From Octopus bimaculoides (taxonomy: Eukaryota), in the NCBI RefSeq assembly GCF_001194135.2, contig NC_068987.1:58903644-58967643 (forward strand): a stretch of DNA of 64,000 bases, given 5' to 3'. A program made the translations under genes and the position numbers. The first letter of the stretch is position 1. Each line of letters begins with the position of its first letter. Positions 26,365 to 39,699 of the stretch are shown in pieces. The notes beneath the pieces are model-generated. The model did not search any database. It was given only the letters and a program-made list of their open reading frames with translations, and was not told the origin of the DNA.

Positions 26365-29300
26365 CTGTGAATAGAAAGATAAAAAGATAATTATTAATTT
26401 AAGAGAAATGAATTATGAAAATAAAAAAAATATTGATATAAGTAAAATATTTGGGATTAATATCTTTAAATTAAACACATTATCATGTGTCTTTTATCAT
26501 ACTTTAACCTCCCAATACTTATTTCATTATTGCCCACAAGGGGCTAAACATAGAAGGGACAGACAAGGACAGACAAAGGGATTAAGTCGATTACATCGAC
26601 CCCAGTGCGTAACTGGTACTTAATTTATCAACCCCGAAAGGATGAAAGGTAAAGTCAACCTTGGCAGAATTTGAACTCAGAACGTAGCGGTAGACGAAAT
26701 ACCGCTAAGCATTTCGCCCGGAGTGCTAACGTTTCTGCCAGCTCGCCGCCTTCCTCCCAATACTTGGTAGAAAGTCATCTCTCCTCCCTCACAAATACCC
26801 ATTCCCCAATTTATCTGAGGGCTTTTCTTTCCTTTTATTGTTCTCTTCTTGCCTTGTAAGTTACTTGGCAACCTCACTTGTGCTGGTGGCATGAAAATTG
26901 CAGCCAGTACATGCTGTAAAGTGGTTGGCATTAGGACATCCACCAGCAAGAACCATGCTAAAGCATGATGCACCCCTGTGGCTTGCTGGATCCTGTCAAA
27001 TAGACATTAACTGATGACAATCATCATCATCATCATCATCATTATTGTTGCCATCATCAAAATAATAATAATAATTGTTTCTAAGAGGCTACACTCTCGG
27101 AGTGGTTGGCGTTAGGAAGGGCATCCAGCTGTAGAAACTCTGCCAAATCAGATTGGAGCCTGCTGTAGCCTTCGGGTTCCACCAGTCCTCAGTCAAATCG
27201 TCCAACCCATGCTAGCATGGAAAACGGACGTTAAACGATGATGATGATGATGATGATGATACAATGCCATTGGTTTTGAAAAGACGAGGATAGTTAATTA
27301 AACTTATCTCAGTACTTTAGTGGTACCTATTTTATCGATCTTGGATGAAGATGACTGGCAAGATTTGATCTCAGAATATAAAGCACAATAACTAAATACT
27401 ACATGTTATTTTGTCCAATTCTATCCATCTCCCATCCTTAATAATAATAATAATTGCCTTGTTGCAGTACCAGACAGTGGCACTCATGGTTTCTCTGATC
27501 TTAGCTGATTGGAAATGTTATCATGTACATGTGTCTTGGTGTGAAAGATGGTCTACAGCAAAAATCTCCCATATTTTACATGACTATTGGTGTAGTGCTA
27601 ATGATGTTAGATAGGTAGTAACAGTGTCTATGTTTTATCATTTTTTTCTTTTCATAAGTTACCATCATGGTTTGGATCAGTGTTAACTGTGCATTTTGCT
27701 GAAGTATTTTAACCTTAAAATGTGGGAGGTTCTTTTTGTCACACCTGTAAAGGCCGTCTCCAAGTTTGCAAAAGGACAAAATGGTCTCAAATAGAAGGCT
27801 TTGACCATGTGTATGCTTTATCTAGGTGAAACAATGACTATTTTTATAGAAAATATTTGTTGTAAATTATTACTTACTTCCTCCAGAGTAAACTCGGAAA
27901 CTTCCTTCGTACCAAGTGATGAGGTTTTATGTTCCTTAAAAGTTTCTGTTAAAAAAAAGTATATTAGAGAAATATTTTATTGTATAGTTATGTATGTATA
28001 TATGTATATTCATAATTCTGAAAAATATATGCACACACACATATGTGCACACATATATACATACACACAAATATATATACATGTACATACAAACACAAAC
28101 ATATACGTGCATACAGCTATATTTGCATATGCATAAACACGCACAAATATATATACATATATACACACACACATACACACACATATATATACATATATAT
28201 NNNNNNNNNNNNNNNNNNNNNNNNNNNNNNNNNNNNNNNNNNNNNNNNNNNNNNNNNNNNNNNNNNNNNNNNNNNNNNNNNNNNNNNNNNNNNNNNNNNN
28301 TGCATGCATATGCATATATATGTGAGTTTTTATGATTTTTATATGTTTTTATATATGTTTATATTTGTATATTGTAAATTAACTCCATGAACTTTTGTAA
28401 ATCTCTGAAGAGGCCTTGAGAACCATACATCTACCTCTATTTTCATCCATTTAATCTATCAGTTACTCCAGTTTACTCGAGTTATATAGATAGAATGAGG
28501 CATGTCACCTCTAGGCTGAAACAGCTGTAACACATTGTCCCTTCTTCGGTCACTAGATGTCCTTTTTAATTTTTATTACTGATATGACATCTCGCAAACC
28601 AAATCTGAAAACAGTATGTATAAATATTAATTTTCTAAAATGTTAAAATCTTAGAATTTCTGTACAAAAGATATGTGTATTGTGTAAGTTCACTCAAATG
28701 CCAGCAGTATGTAACCTTAGGACTAAAATTTTATCTACTGATGGTTAACAAATGATCAAACACATTCTATGGTCATCAAAATATGTGATAAAAACTTACC
28801 CAAAATTAAGGTCAGTTTGCAAATTATCTGAATGAAATCTATGAAAGTGAATATATTTTGTAGACCACCAAATTTTATTTTGAGAATCTTCAACAGACTT
28901 TCCTCATCTTCATAACCTGAAAAAGAAGAAGAAAAAAACTAAGACAAATTTACATCATACTGTGTGATATGTATACAAAATGTTTCTAACGTGTAACACA
29001 GGTATTTTACTTCAATAAGGTTTTGTGTAATGTGCTCTTGTTATGTGGATATGTTTGGTGTAAGTGCTGTTGAATATCCATAGTTTCTAAAAAGATGTTT
29101 GTGCATTCATGTACGTGAAGAGAGTTTAAAATCTGTAAGTTTCATATATCTTCCTCCTCTTCATCATCTTCTGCTTCCTCCTCTTCTTTTTAAAGTTGAA
29201 GCTGTGACTAAATAATCACAGGTCCTCTTTAAGGATCCCAAAGAGGCACAACGTTCCATCTATGGCCAAATACAGAGATGGTCAAAAGTTTGGAACATAT

Positions 29301-32300
29301 GTCTGAAGTTTAGAATTTTCATATTAAATGCCCAAAGTTATATTTAATTTGCAATATATTATTACTTGGCCAAAAGTTTGAGAACATAAGTCTGAAATTT
29401 TTTTCTTCTAGATATTGAACCATTGAATCTGTTACTAGGTAAGTATACCTCTATGTTGTATGTATTTGAATCGAATTGTACTTGGGCATAACAATCTTAA
29501 TTTTAAAAAAATGTTCCAAACTTTTAGCTGTGACTGTACATTTAGTGTTTAAATGGTGATGATGGTTAAGTAGCTGGTTTAAGTATTCGAGTACATATCA
29601 AGAGACAGTGATGTTATAGTGCAATGACACTACTGCATCATTGTTTTAATGTTCAGCTTTCCATGCTTGCATGGGTTGGATGGAGATAAAGCAGATTTTC
29701 TATGGCCTTTCTGTTGCCAACCCTCCACCATTTCCAAGCAAGCTAATATTTTCTCATGGTTAAACATGTTATCACAGAATATTGGAAATAAATTACACTG
29801 CTTATATGACACTAACAATCATTTTACGGTTATCAGGTGATGGCAAGACAAGGAGACACAAACATGCACTCTCCCTCCCCGATACACTAATGCACACACA
29901 ATGGGCTTTTTTTTTAGTTTCCATCTGCCAAATCCACTGACAAGGGTTTGGTTGGACCAGAGCTATAGAAGACATTTATTCAAGGGGCCCACTCAGTGAA
30001 ACTGATCCTGGAACCATATGGTTGGAAAGCACACATCTTTACAACAAAGCCATCTAAGCACCTGTACATATTTAAGCATAATAAAACTTACCCAGTTTTT
30101 TAAGCAACTGACTCAGCTCATCAATTTCTAAAAATCCAGAATTATCAGTATCTGTTTCCATGAAAACTTTCTGAAAAATATCAAAGAAAATATAACCTGA
30201 TTATAGTAACAAGGGCAGTAAATGGCAAGCGTGGTAAAATACCAGGTTACATGCTTCGTGCTGTTAACTATGTCCCTCTATGTTATGAATCCATCTCTAC
30301 TGTGGATATATTTTGCCTTCTTTCTTACTGGATTTGATAAAATAGTTATCCTTTATTTTTTACTAGTTTCACTCATTAGACTTCAGTCATGTTAGAACAC
30401 TGCCCTGAAGCATTTTTAGTCAAATGAATCGACCCCAGTACTTAATTTTTTTTACTAAGCCTGTTACTTATTCTATCAGTCTTTTGCTAAACTACTAAGT
30501 TATGGGGACATAAATCCACCAACACCAGTTGTCAAGTGGTGGTGGGGGACAAACACAAATACATACACACACACAGCAAGCTTCTTTCAATTTCCGTCTC
30601 GCAAATCCACTCAAGGTTTTGGTTGGCCTGAGGCTATAAGACACTTGCCTATAAGACACTTGCCTAAGGTGCAATGTTGTGGGACTGAAATCAGAACCAT
30701 GTGGTTAGGAAGCATACTTCTTACCACACAGCCATGCCTGAATCTAAAAAGAAGGGAGAAAGTATATTTTAAGATAAAATGTATTTCTACTTACAGCATA
30801 TTCTTTCACCTTTTCCCATCCCTCTTTCATCTGTGGCATTGTCACATAACCACTCTTTGTTTTCTAAGAGTTTTAGTTAACGATCAACAACAAGAACATC
30901 AAAAATTATATTGATGATGATGGTGATAACAATGATAAAAATGTTTATAACTTCTCATGCAGACATAAAACCAGACTCAGAAAAACCTAAAGCCTAAGAG
31001 TTTAGAGACAGTACAAAGAAGAAAGGGAAAAAACAAATATAGGACTAACAGAGTAAAATGGTAAAATCAATAGTAACAATAAAGAGTAAAAACAAAGAGA
31101 CAACATGTAATAACAATTAAAACAATAAAAGAAAGGAACAACCCCACAGAGTGATTCTGGGTACCCTGCACAGTCCTCTGGTTTACTCTGATACACCAAA
31201 AGCTTGTGCCTTCTCCCAGTTCTTGTCATCAGTCTATAGCTACATAGAAGAAGTGTATTTTGCTACGCCACTTCGACTGACATGTTATATCATTTACTGG
31301 AAGGCAACGCCTTCCTCTTTGTTGGTAATAGTGTTGCTTGAAGATGTTGATGAGGGTCTTGGTCTCAGAGGAAAAGTTTTGTCCTCAATTCAGTAGTAAC
31401 TATCTACTTACTTGCTTTTGTAAAGTTTTGTGTCTTGTTATTGTTGTTAAGCTTTCATGTTGATGCTGCAGATGCTGTGGTGGTTACTATCTTTGTTCCT
31501 GTTGCTGTACCTATTGTAACAGTTACTATTGCTGATTTTGGTGGCGTGGCTGTTTGTATTACTGTTGCAACAGTTGCTGTTATTGTGTTGTGCTTGTTGC
31601 ACTAGGAGTAGTCAAGCCCTCCTACTTTTACTTTCTGTTGTGAGCAGAAGACTCTTAGGTAGTTGGCAATACCACATATGCAGCACCTGGGCTTTATATG
31701 CCTTCCACTATGATGTGCAGTTCTACTTCATTTGACAAATGACTTAGATATGGGACCTTTCTGAGGTGTTCTGTAATAGGATCTCTAGTGCAATTCTGGG
31801 CTGAATTCTCCTGCCTATATTTGTTTACATCTATGAGAGTGTCACCTCCTTTGTGAACAATGCAGGCCACAAACTACCAGATGCCCAACTCTTGTGACAC
31901 ATAAGTTATCTTGACCCTTACTATTCAACTGCCAAGTAGGAATGAGGAGGAGCCCTTCACTTGCAAGGAATGACATAGTTCTTGAATGCGAGATCCTTCG
32001 TCAGAAATTACAGTTCAATGATCTGAAAATTTAGATCCCAGTGACAAAGTCTATGTCTATCCAGATACCTCACAAACATCTTTCCACTCGGATATCTGTT
32101 GCTGTTTTCACACACCAGGTTTTGACTGGCTCACACAGGTAAACTATTGTTCTTCAAGCAATCTTTTCTAGGAGTTCTGCATCACTTCTAATGCCACACT
32201 TCTGCCATCTATTTTAATTAGATTTTCAACTCAGCTTGCGAAGACCTGTTGGGGCAAGTGAAAGTGAAATCGTGATGGCACCCGTGCCCAGCGTTGCCTT

Positions 32301-35300
32301 CCTGGCACTTGTGCCAGTGGCACGTGTAAAGACATTCGAGTGAGATCGTTGCCAGTGCCGATGGACTGGCTCCTGTGTAGGTGGCACATAAACGCACCCA
32401 CTACACTCTCAGAGTGGCTGGCTTTAGGAAGGGCATCCTGCTGTAGAAACTGTGCCAAATCAGATTGGAGCCTGGTGTAGCCTTCTGGTTCATCAGTCCT
32501 CAGTCAAATCGTCCAACCCATGCTAGCATGGAAAGCGGACGTTAAACAATGCTGATGATGATGATGACTACTTTTTTTAGTTTGTATGTTTGTCCTCCTT
32601 AAAATCTTGGACAAATTTTTGGCAGCTTCTGCAAAGGATCTAAACTTTGTGGTACTGCTGCTACCACCACTATTGGTAGTCACATCGGTGATGGTGGAGG
32701 TGGTGTTGCTAGAGTAGCAATAGATACAGTAGCAGCAGTAGTATTGCTCATCTCTTTCCACTGTTGTAGTAGTGATGGTGTTTGACAAGTTCTTTTCATT
32801 TGATATTTTCTTATTGTTATCATGGTCATTGTTGCTGTCTTCATGTATATATAAAGTGAGGAAGAGATATTTAAAAGTAAGTTCCATTTTCCTCTCAAAA
32901 CTACCTCCCACTTCTCCTTTAGTTGGTTGGCTGTTGAAGACAATGCCATCTTTTAAATAATCATTAAAAAAAATATTGAAAATAATTATTGCTCTAACCA
33001 CAAAGAAGCAAGAAATGATGGAACCAACCAGCCAGCTGGAGTTTTGGTTAGCTAAGCAAGAAGATGTTTAACAAAAATTAATAATCAAAAGTCTATAATC
33101 AGACAAATTCATGGACAGCTCTCAAGTATGTTTTACTACTACAAAAAATGAAAAAATAATTTCCAAATCAAATTTTGTTTGGCAGTTGATTGGGTCTTTT
33201 TTGTCATTTATTTTTTTCAAGTCTTCTTTGGTTGATAACACAAGTTTTATTGTTTTTCTTAAACATTTAGCTAATCCTCTGAGTAACTTCAAGTGACAAA
33301 GTGTTCGATTCCAGACAAATGATGATTATCACTTGGAACAGAAGTACCATTAATTATTTAATTTTACAAGCATTGTCTGCATTATATTTCTCTTGTAATG
33401 TTCATGGTGAAATTAGTAGTCTTTAATAATATTTAATGCTTTTATATCAATTGTATATTATAAGGGGGTCGGGGAAACTTAGTTGTCATTGTAAATGAAA
33501 AAAATCTGGTAACTTGCACCATGCTTTCACTTCTTGTTTTCAGTACCTATGTGGTAGTGAGCAGACATAAATATCTTCTCAACCCTTCCTCTCTTGATAA
33601 TATATATAGTTTCGACATATGGTTGTATGATTAAATTATGACTTTTCAAAATTAACAATAAATAAAATATAATGAAAATTGACTATTTTTTAAAAGGATA
33701 CATCAAACAGCATTAACAAATTTCGAGACGTTTCCAAATTGAAGGATATTCTCTGCTTGTATTCTGGTGGAAAGAAGAAACAAAACAAAAATATTTTAAT
33801 AAAATTATGCTTTTGCTGTAACATTTATATTTCTGATTGATTATAAGAAATGAGATTCTTTTAGATTTTCTTAGCAAAAACAAGAGATATTCTGATATGT
33901 TTGATAGGTTGGCACGGGTATGGTTATGTAGTAAGACGTTTGCTTCCCAACCACATGGTCTCAGGATCAGTTCCCTGTGTGGCACCTAGTACAAGTATCT
34001 TCTATGACAGCTTCAAGCTGACCAAAGCCATGTGAGTAGCTTTGGTTGACAGAAACTGTCAGAAGCTTTTTGTGTATATTCTCCTTGCCTTGACGTCACA
34101 TAATGGTTGTGAGTGTCACCATCATGTAAGTGGTATCCTCCATTTCCAATCTTTTGTGGAAAACATGTTTGGCAATGAAGAATATTACCTTATTTGGAAG
34201 TAAGTGAGGGTTGGTAATAAGAAGGACATCTAGCTGAACAAAATCCACCTTAACAAATTCCAGCCAAACCATGCAAACATGGAATACTGGATGTTAAAAC
34301 AATGACAATGACGTTGATGAATTCTCACTGAAAATCTTCCTTTTCTAAATGGTACCCTAAAGGTAAACCAAATTCACATAGCCCATCCTTATTTTGGGGA
34401 CTATGACCTGACAGTTTAGGTATAAAAAGTCATTAAAGTAAAATGCATTTTGAATCATCATCATCATCATCGTTTAACGTCTGCTTTCCATGCTAGCATG
34501 GGTTGGACGATTTGACTGAGGACTGGTCAAACCAGATGGCTACATCAAGCTTCAATCTGATTTGGCAGAGTTTCTACAGCTGGATGCCCTTACTAACGCC
34601 AACCACTCCGAGAGTGTAGTGGGTGCTTTTACGTGCCACTGGCACGAAGGCCAGTCAGGCGGTACTGGCAACGGCCATGCTCAAAATGGTGTATCTTATG
34701 AGCCACCCGCACAAGAGCCAGTCCAGGGGCACTGGCAACGATCTCGCTCGAAAGTCCTTACACATGCCACGGGCACAAGTGCCAGAAAGGTGACGCTGGG
34801 CACAGGTGCCATCCCGATTTCGCTTTCAGGGATATAAACTTGATTTGTTGGAAATTTAGCAGTAATTGTCAGTGCCAACTCAATGTATGAACAGATAAAC
34901 TTAAGAATTTGGACTTTTTCTGTTTTATTTTCATTTTACCATCAATTTTTGGCAAATTTTGCATATATCCGAATTGCATATTGCTTATCTAAGTATACAT
35001 TTTATAGTAACATATTGATACCTAGTTTATTACAAACTCCTCAATTGTAAATTGAAAGTAAGGATACCTGTTATGTCAGCAACATTGAGAAAAATACTTC
35101 AAAAAGTTGAATTGAAATAGTTGCTAAAGGATTACAGAAAATTTCATTCTCATGTTCTTTATCTAGTGATAGAGATGTAGCCTAGTAGTGAGGCCAGATT
35201 GCAAGATCATGGTTTTGATTTTTGGACCAGGCAGTGCACAGTGCTCTTGAGCAAGACACTTCATTTCTCAATGCTCCAGCTCACTCAGTCATAAATGTCT

Positions 35301-35593
35301 AACTTGCAATGGACTGGTGTTCTGTTCAGGAAGAATGTTGTGATCTCAGTCATACACCTTGGAAACTGGACAACTGGCTCACTTAATCTTAGGATTTGAA
35401 TTACACACTGCTTAAATGGTACCCAGTTAGAGCAAGGTGCATTAGGGAATATGTAAGCCAAGTGTCTTGACTTTCATTAAATCAGGTCTCAGTAACAGAA
35501 TACAAACTTGATACTTTCACTTGTAGCTGACTCCAACTTGGCCAACTGGGAATTTGTATGAAGATTCTTGAATAATAGATGAATACAATATTA

Positions 35594-35630
<37 letters not shown>

Positions 35631-37750
35631 CTCTGAAGAAAATATGTGTGAGGAATTGTTTAATTTCTCTGGCAGCCATTATATTCTCACTATCAGCATG
35701 GGCATTGTAGATAGCTTCAAACTCTGGCTCTTCAACACTACCCTCCTGATAAAATTAAAGAATTTAAAGTAGTATGATATACAAAGGAAAATTCTATATA
35801 TTTACATTTTCTGGACAATATTAAAAGAAGTCAGGATATATTAAAAGAATGTTATGAAGAAGAGAATAAAGTTCTAACTATTGTGACAGTAAACTGCGCA
35901 ACATTATTATAGTTTGGTGGGCAATCACCTGCAGCAAATGGAAGAAATAATCTGATAAGTATAATTCAAAATAATACTACTAGTTCTACAAAAGAAAATG
36001 AATAGTGGATCAATAATTAATTCTAATGAGAAATAATGATCATTAATCACATGACTGTTGCACAGTCTCCTTATTAATTTTTGATACGCATTTAATGTGG
36101 TAGTCAGTTGTCCTGTAGGTGTGAAGGTGGGCGTTGAAGTACTACAGCTGGTGTGAAGTGGAGTGTGAAGAACTATAGTCAGTGTAAGTCCAGGTGATGA
36201 AGGACTACATTACACAAGACATCCAGCTGTGTATGACTACTTCCTCTCTAGGCAAGTTGGCTTGCTGGGCTGGCCTTTTCTTAGCCGCTGACTCGGCTGT
36301 TGGAGTCAGGCTGTTGGAGTCAGGCTGTTGGAGTCAGGACGCCATGTTTTGCAACAAGATTTATTTAACTATGCACTTGAGGTACATTTTGGTCTGAGGA
36401 TTCAGTTGTTCAATCAACTAAATTACCTGTTCCTGATTTAATGTGGAAGTCATTAAGCATTCCATAGACATGAATACCCTTTGGTCCCTCTGGTGGTGAA
36501 AGGCACTTGTGGTGGTACATGTAAAAGTGCTTGTGCAGTGTCATGTAAAAGCTACTCATGTGGCATTCATTCATTTCACCTAACTACCTGCAAAACACTA
36601 CCACTAAAATACAAAATAACAAAGAAAACAATAATATACTTACATTTATCATGTCTGTGCTGTAGAAAAAAAAAAAAAGAAAAAGCAAAGAATTAAAATG
36701 AATTGAATATAAATTCTTGTTCATTAACAACTAAACAATATCTTGATTGTACTCAAAGCTCAGAATAGCTTATAAAGGCATGTTCTTGTCTCATTTTCTA
36801 TAACATTAAAGAAGATGAGCTGTGACTTATTTCCCCACAGTTAGGCTTGTAAAATTATGTGTACCATTATCATCGTCATGAGCAATATTGTTTTACATCC
36901 ACTTTGCATGGCAGTGATACTCACAACTGTTATGCAGTGTCAAGGCAAGGAGACAGTAACACACACACACACACACACATTAACATATACATGCAAACAT
37001 GCATGTGCGCACACACACACACACGAAAGGCTTCTTTCAGTTTCCATTTATTGAAACTATTCAAAAGGTTTCGTTGGCCTAGAGCTACAGTGGAAGACAT
37101 TTGCCCAAGTTGCCATGCAATGGGATGGAACCTGAAACCAAGTGGTTGCACTAAATGTTGCATGTAAATTTTTAAGTTAAAATTTATGAGCTGGTTGGAC
37201 TATATTTTATTCTTCCAGGTATTTAATCTCTACATAAAATCTGTAAAAGTTTGCATCTAGCTTTAATAGCTGCTTTGTACAACTGAGCATTTCGTCATGA
37301 TCAATGTTAAATATTACACAATTTTCAAAGAAAATCAAAGACAAGCAATTAGGTGTAGGTGTGGCAAGAAGCATGCATCCCAACCACACAATTCCAGGTT
37401 TAGTTGCACAGGGGAGCATCTTAGGCAAGTGTTTTCTTCTTTAGCCTTGGGTTAACCAAAGCCTTGTAAGTGGCTTTGGTAGGCGGAAACTGAAAGAAAC
37501 CCGTCATATATATATATATATATACACATATATACATATATATATCATCATTTACTGTCTGTTGTCCATGTTGGCATGGGTTTGATGGTTTGACTAGACC
37601 TGGTAAGCTGAGAGGCTACTCCAGATTGCAGTCTGATTTGACATGGTTTCTATGGCTGGATGCCCTTCCTCATACCAATCACACAGAGTGTAATGGGTGT
37701 CTATGTGCCACTGTCATCAGTGCCATTTATGTGACACCAGTACCTGCCAC

Positions 37751-37785
<35 letters not shown>

Positions 37786-38545
37786 CATCATTGTTTAATG
37801 TCTGCTTTCCATGCTAGCATGGGTTGGAAGATTTGACTGAGGACTGGTGAAACCAGATGGCTACACCAGGCTCCAATCTGATTTGGCAGAGTTTCTACGG
37901 CTGGATGCCCTTCCTAATGTCAACCACTCAGAGAGTGTAGTGGGTGCTTTTACGTGTCACCCGCACGAAGGCCAGTCAGGCGGTACTGGCAACGGCCATG
38001 CTCAAGATGGTGTATTTTATGTGCCACCCTCACAAGAGCCAGTCCAGGGACACTGGCAACGATCTCACTCGAAAATCCTACGAAGGCCAGTCAGGCGGTA
38101 CTGGCAATGGCCACGCTCAAAATGGTGTATTTTATGTGCCACCCGCACAAGAGCCAGTCCAGGGGCACTGGCAACGATCTCGCTCGAAAGTCCTTAGACA
38201 TGCCGCGGACACAAGTGCCAGAAAGGCGATGCTGGGCACAGGTGCCATCACAAATTTGCTTTCGCTTGCCCCAATAAGTCTTCGCAAGCTATATAAAATG
38301 ATTTTATTTTGGCATAATGATACTAATAACTTGGTGTCAGAATTCAATGTACATAGGTTTCAGAATAAAATGTTAGTTGAGTACAGAGTGTAATAAGAGA
38401 TTAAATAAATGACAAGGGAACAGGAACTATGTTACCAACCTCATTAGTTTAGAGCTGCTTCTGGTATAAGATGCAGTGCACTCAAAGCTGAGTGCTTGTG
38501 CATCCCCTTATAGCTTCTGAAATGAAGTGCAAGTTATTTGGGAAA

Positions 38546-38587
<42 letters not shown>

Positions 38588-39624
38588 GAGCTCCATCTTC
38601 AAGTATTTAGTCAAACAATTTACTCCCAATATTTAAAGCCTGATACTTGTTGTATTGGTCTTTTTACCTTTAATGGTTTTTGGTAAAAAGAGACCAATAG
38701 GATGAGCACTAAGCTTTAAGTACTGAAGTCAATCTGTTTGACTAAATACTTCAAGGTTGGCTCCTAGCATGACTAAAATCCAGTGACGAAGATAAATGAT
38801 AAAAGATAGGGCACACAACTTAAGATATGAAGATTTACCTGCTACTGATCTTCTGCTTGGTAAAGATTCTGAGCAAGAATTTGGCCTCTTCACCTGGGTT
38901 AAATGTACTTGGAATGATAACATAGTAACCAATAGGGAGCTGGTAATGATAGGTTACTTCTCTGTCAAATCTGTATACATCCTCTGACCTCTGCTGCTTT
39001 GTGGCCAATTTGCGAACATTGGCACGAGTAAGTTTTGAATTGACTGGATAATGCAGCTGGGAAAAGTAGAGTGAAAATATATTTATTGAAGCAAAAATAA
39101 ATTGGCTCAAAATGTATAATTGAAGTATACTCATTACATTTATGTGTATAGCCTAATACAAAAATGTAAGATAGTGACAAATGTTCAGGATTTTATATAT
39201 ATAAAAAAATAGAAATAGTAATATTTCTAAGTCTCTCTAAAGGAGACTACAGCAGTGGTACTGGATATTAATAGTTACTGGATATTAATAGTCAGTAGAG
39301 ACGCCTGCTGGGTTCGGCTGCTCTACATTGATAAGGGGCAATACCCCGAAACTAGTCTGTAGGTGCCAGACCAGCAAGGGGAAGTGGCTGACCTCCCCTG
39401 TCCGAAGGTTATAATGGACACAGGTTCGTGTGCCACATAGCTAGCTAGAGGCGATGGCCTTTTGGAGCTAATCAACAGCAGCATACGTCCTATTTTTTGG
39501 ACTGCCATGTTGGCTTGGCGATAACTATTAATAACCACTAAGATGTAAACATACCAATACTGGTTGTCAAGTGATTGTGGAGGATAAACAGACACAAAGA
39601 ACACATTGATGTATGTATATGTGC

Positions 39625-39663
<39 letters not shown>

Positions 39664-39664
39664 C

Positions 39665-39699
<35 letters not shown>

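Larger units (their letters stand above)
30864..33701 (-). other. U12-type (minor spliceosome) GT-AG intron
   Basis: 5' site GTATCCTTT; branch-like TCGTTAAC (30876-30883) ending 12 nt before the exon; no polypyrimidine tract. Confidence 0.85.

Noticed and set aside
32504-33001. 165-aa ORF
   Set aside because: Chimera of LINE ORF1-like relic, simple repeats and SINE
35060-35067. Second U12-like donor CAG|GTATCCTTA on the minus strand
   Set aside because: No open upstream exon; an 8-mer is expected by chance in 64 kb
37847-38393. ORFs of 107-149 aa with internal repeats
   Set aside because: Frames within the family B retroposon duplication; the same peptides recur in every copy
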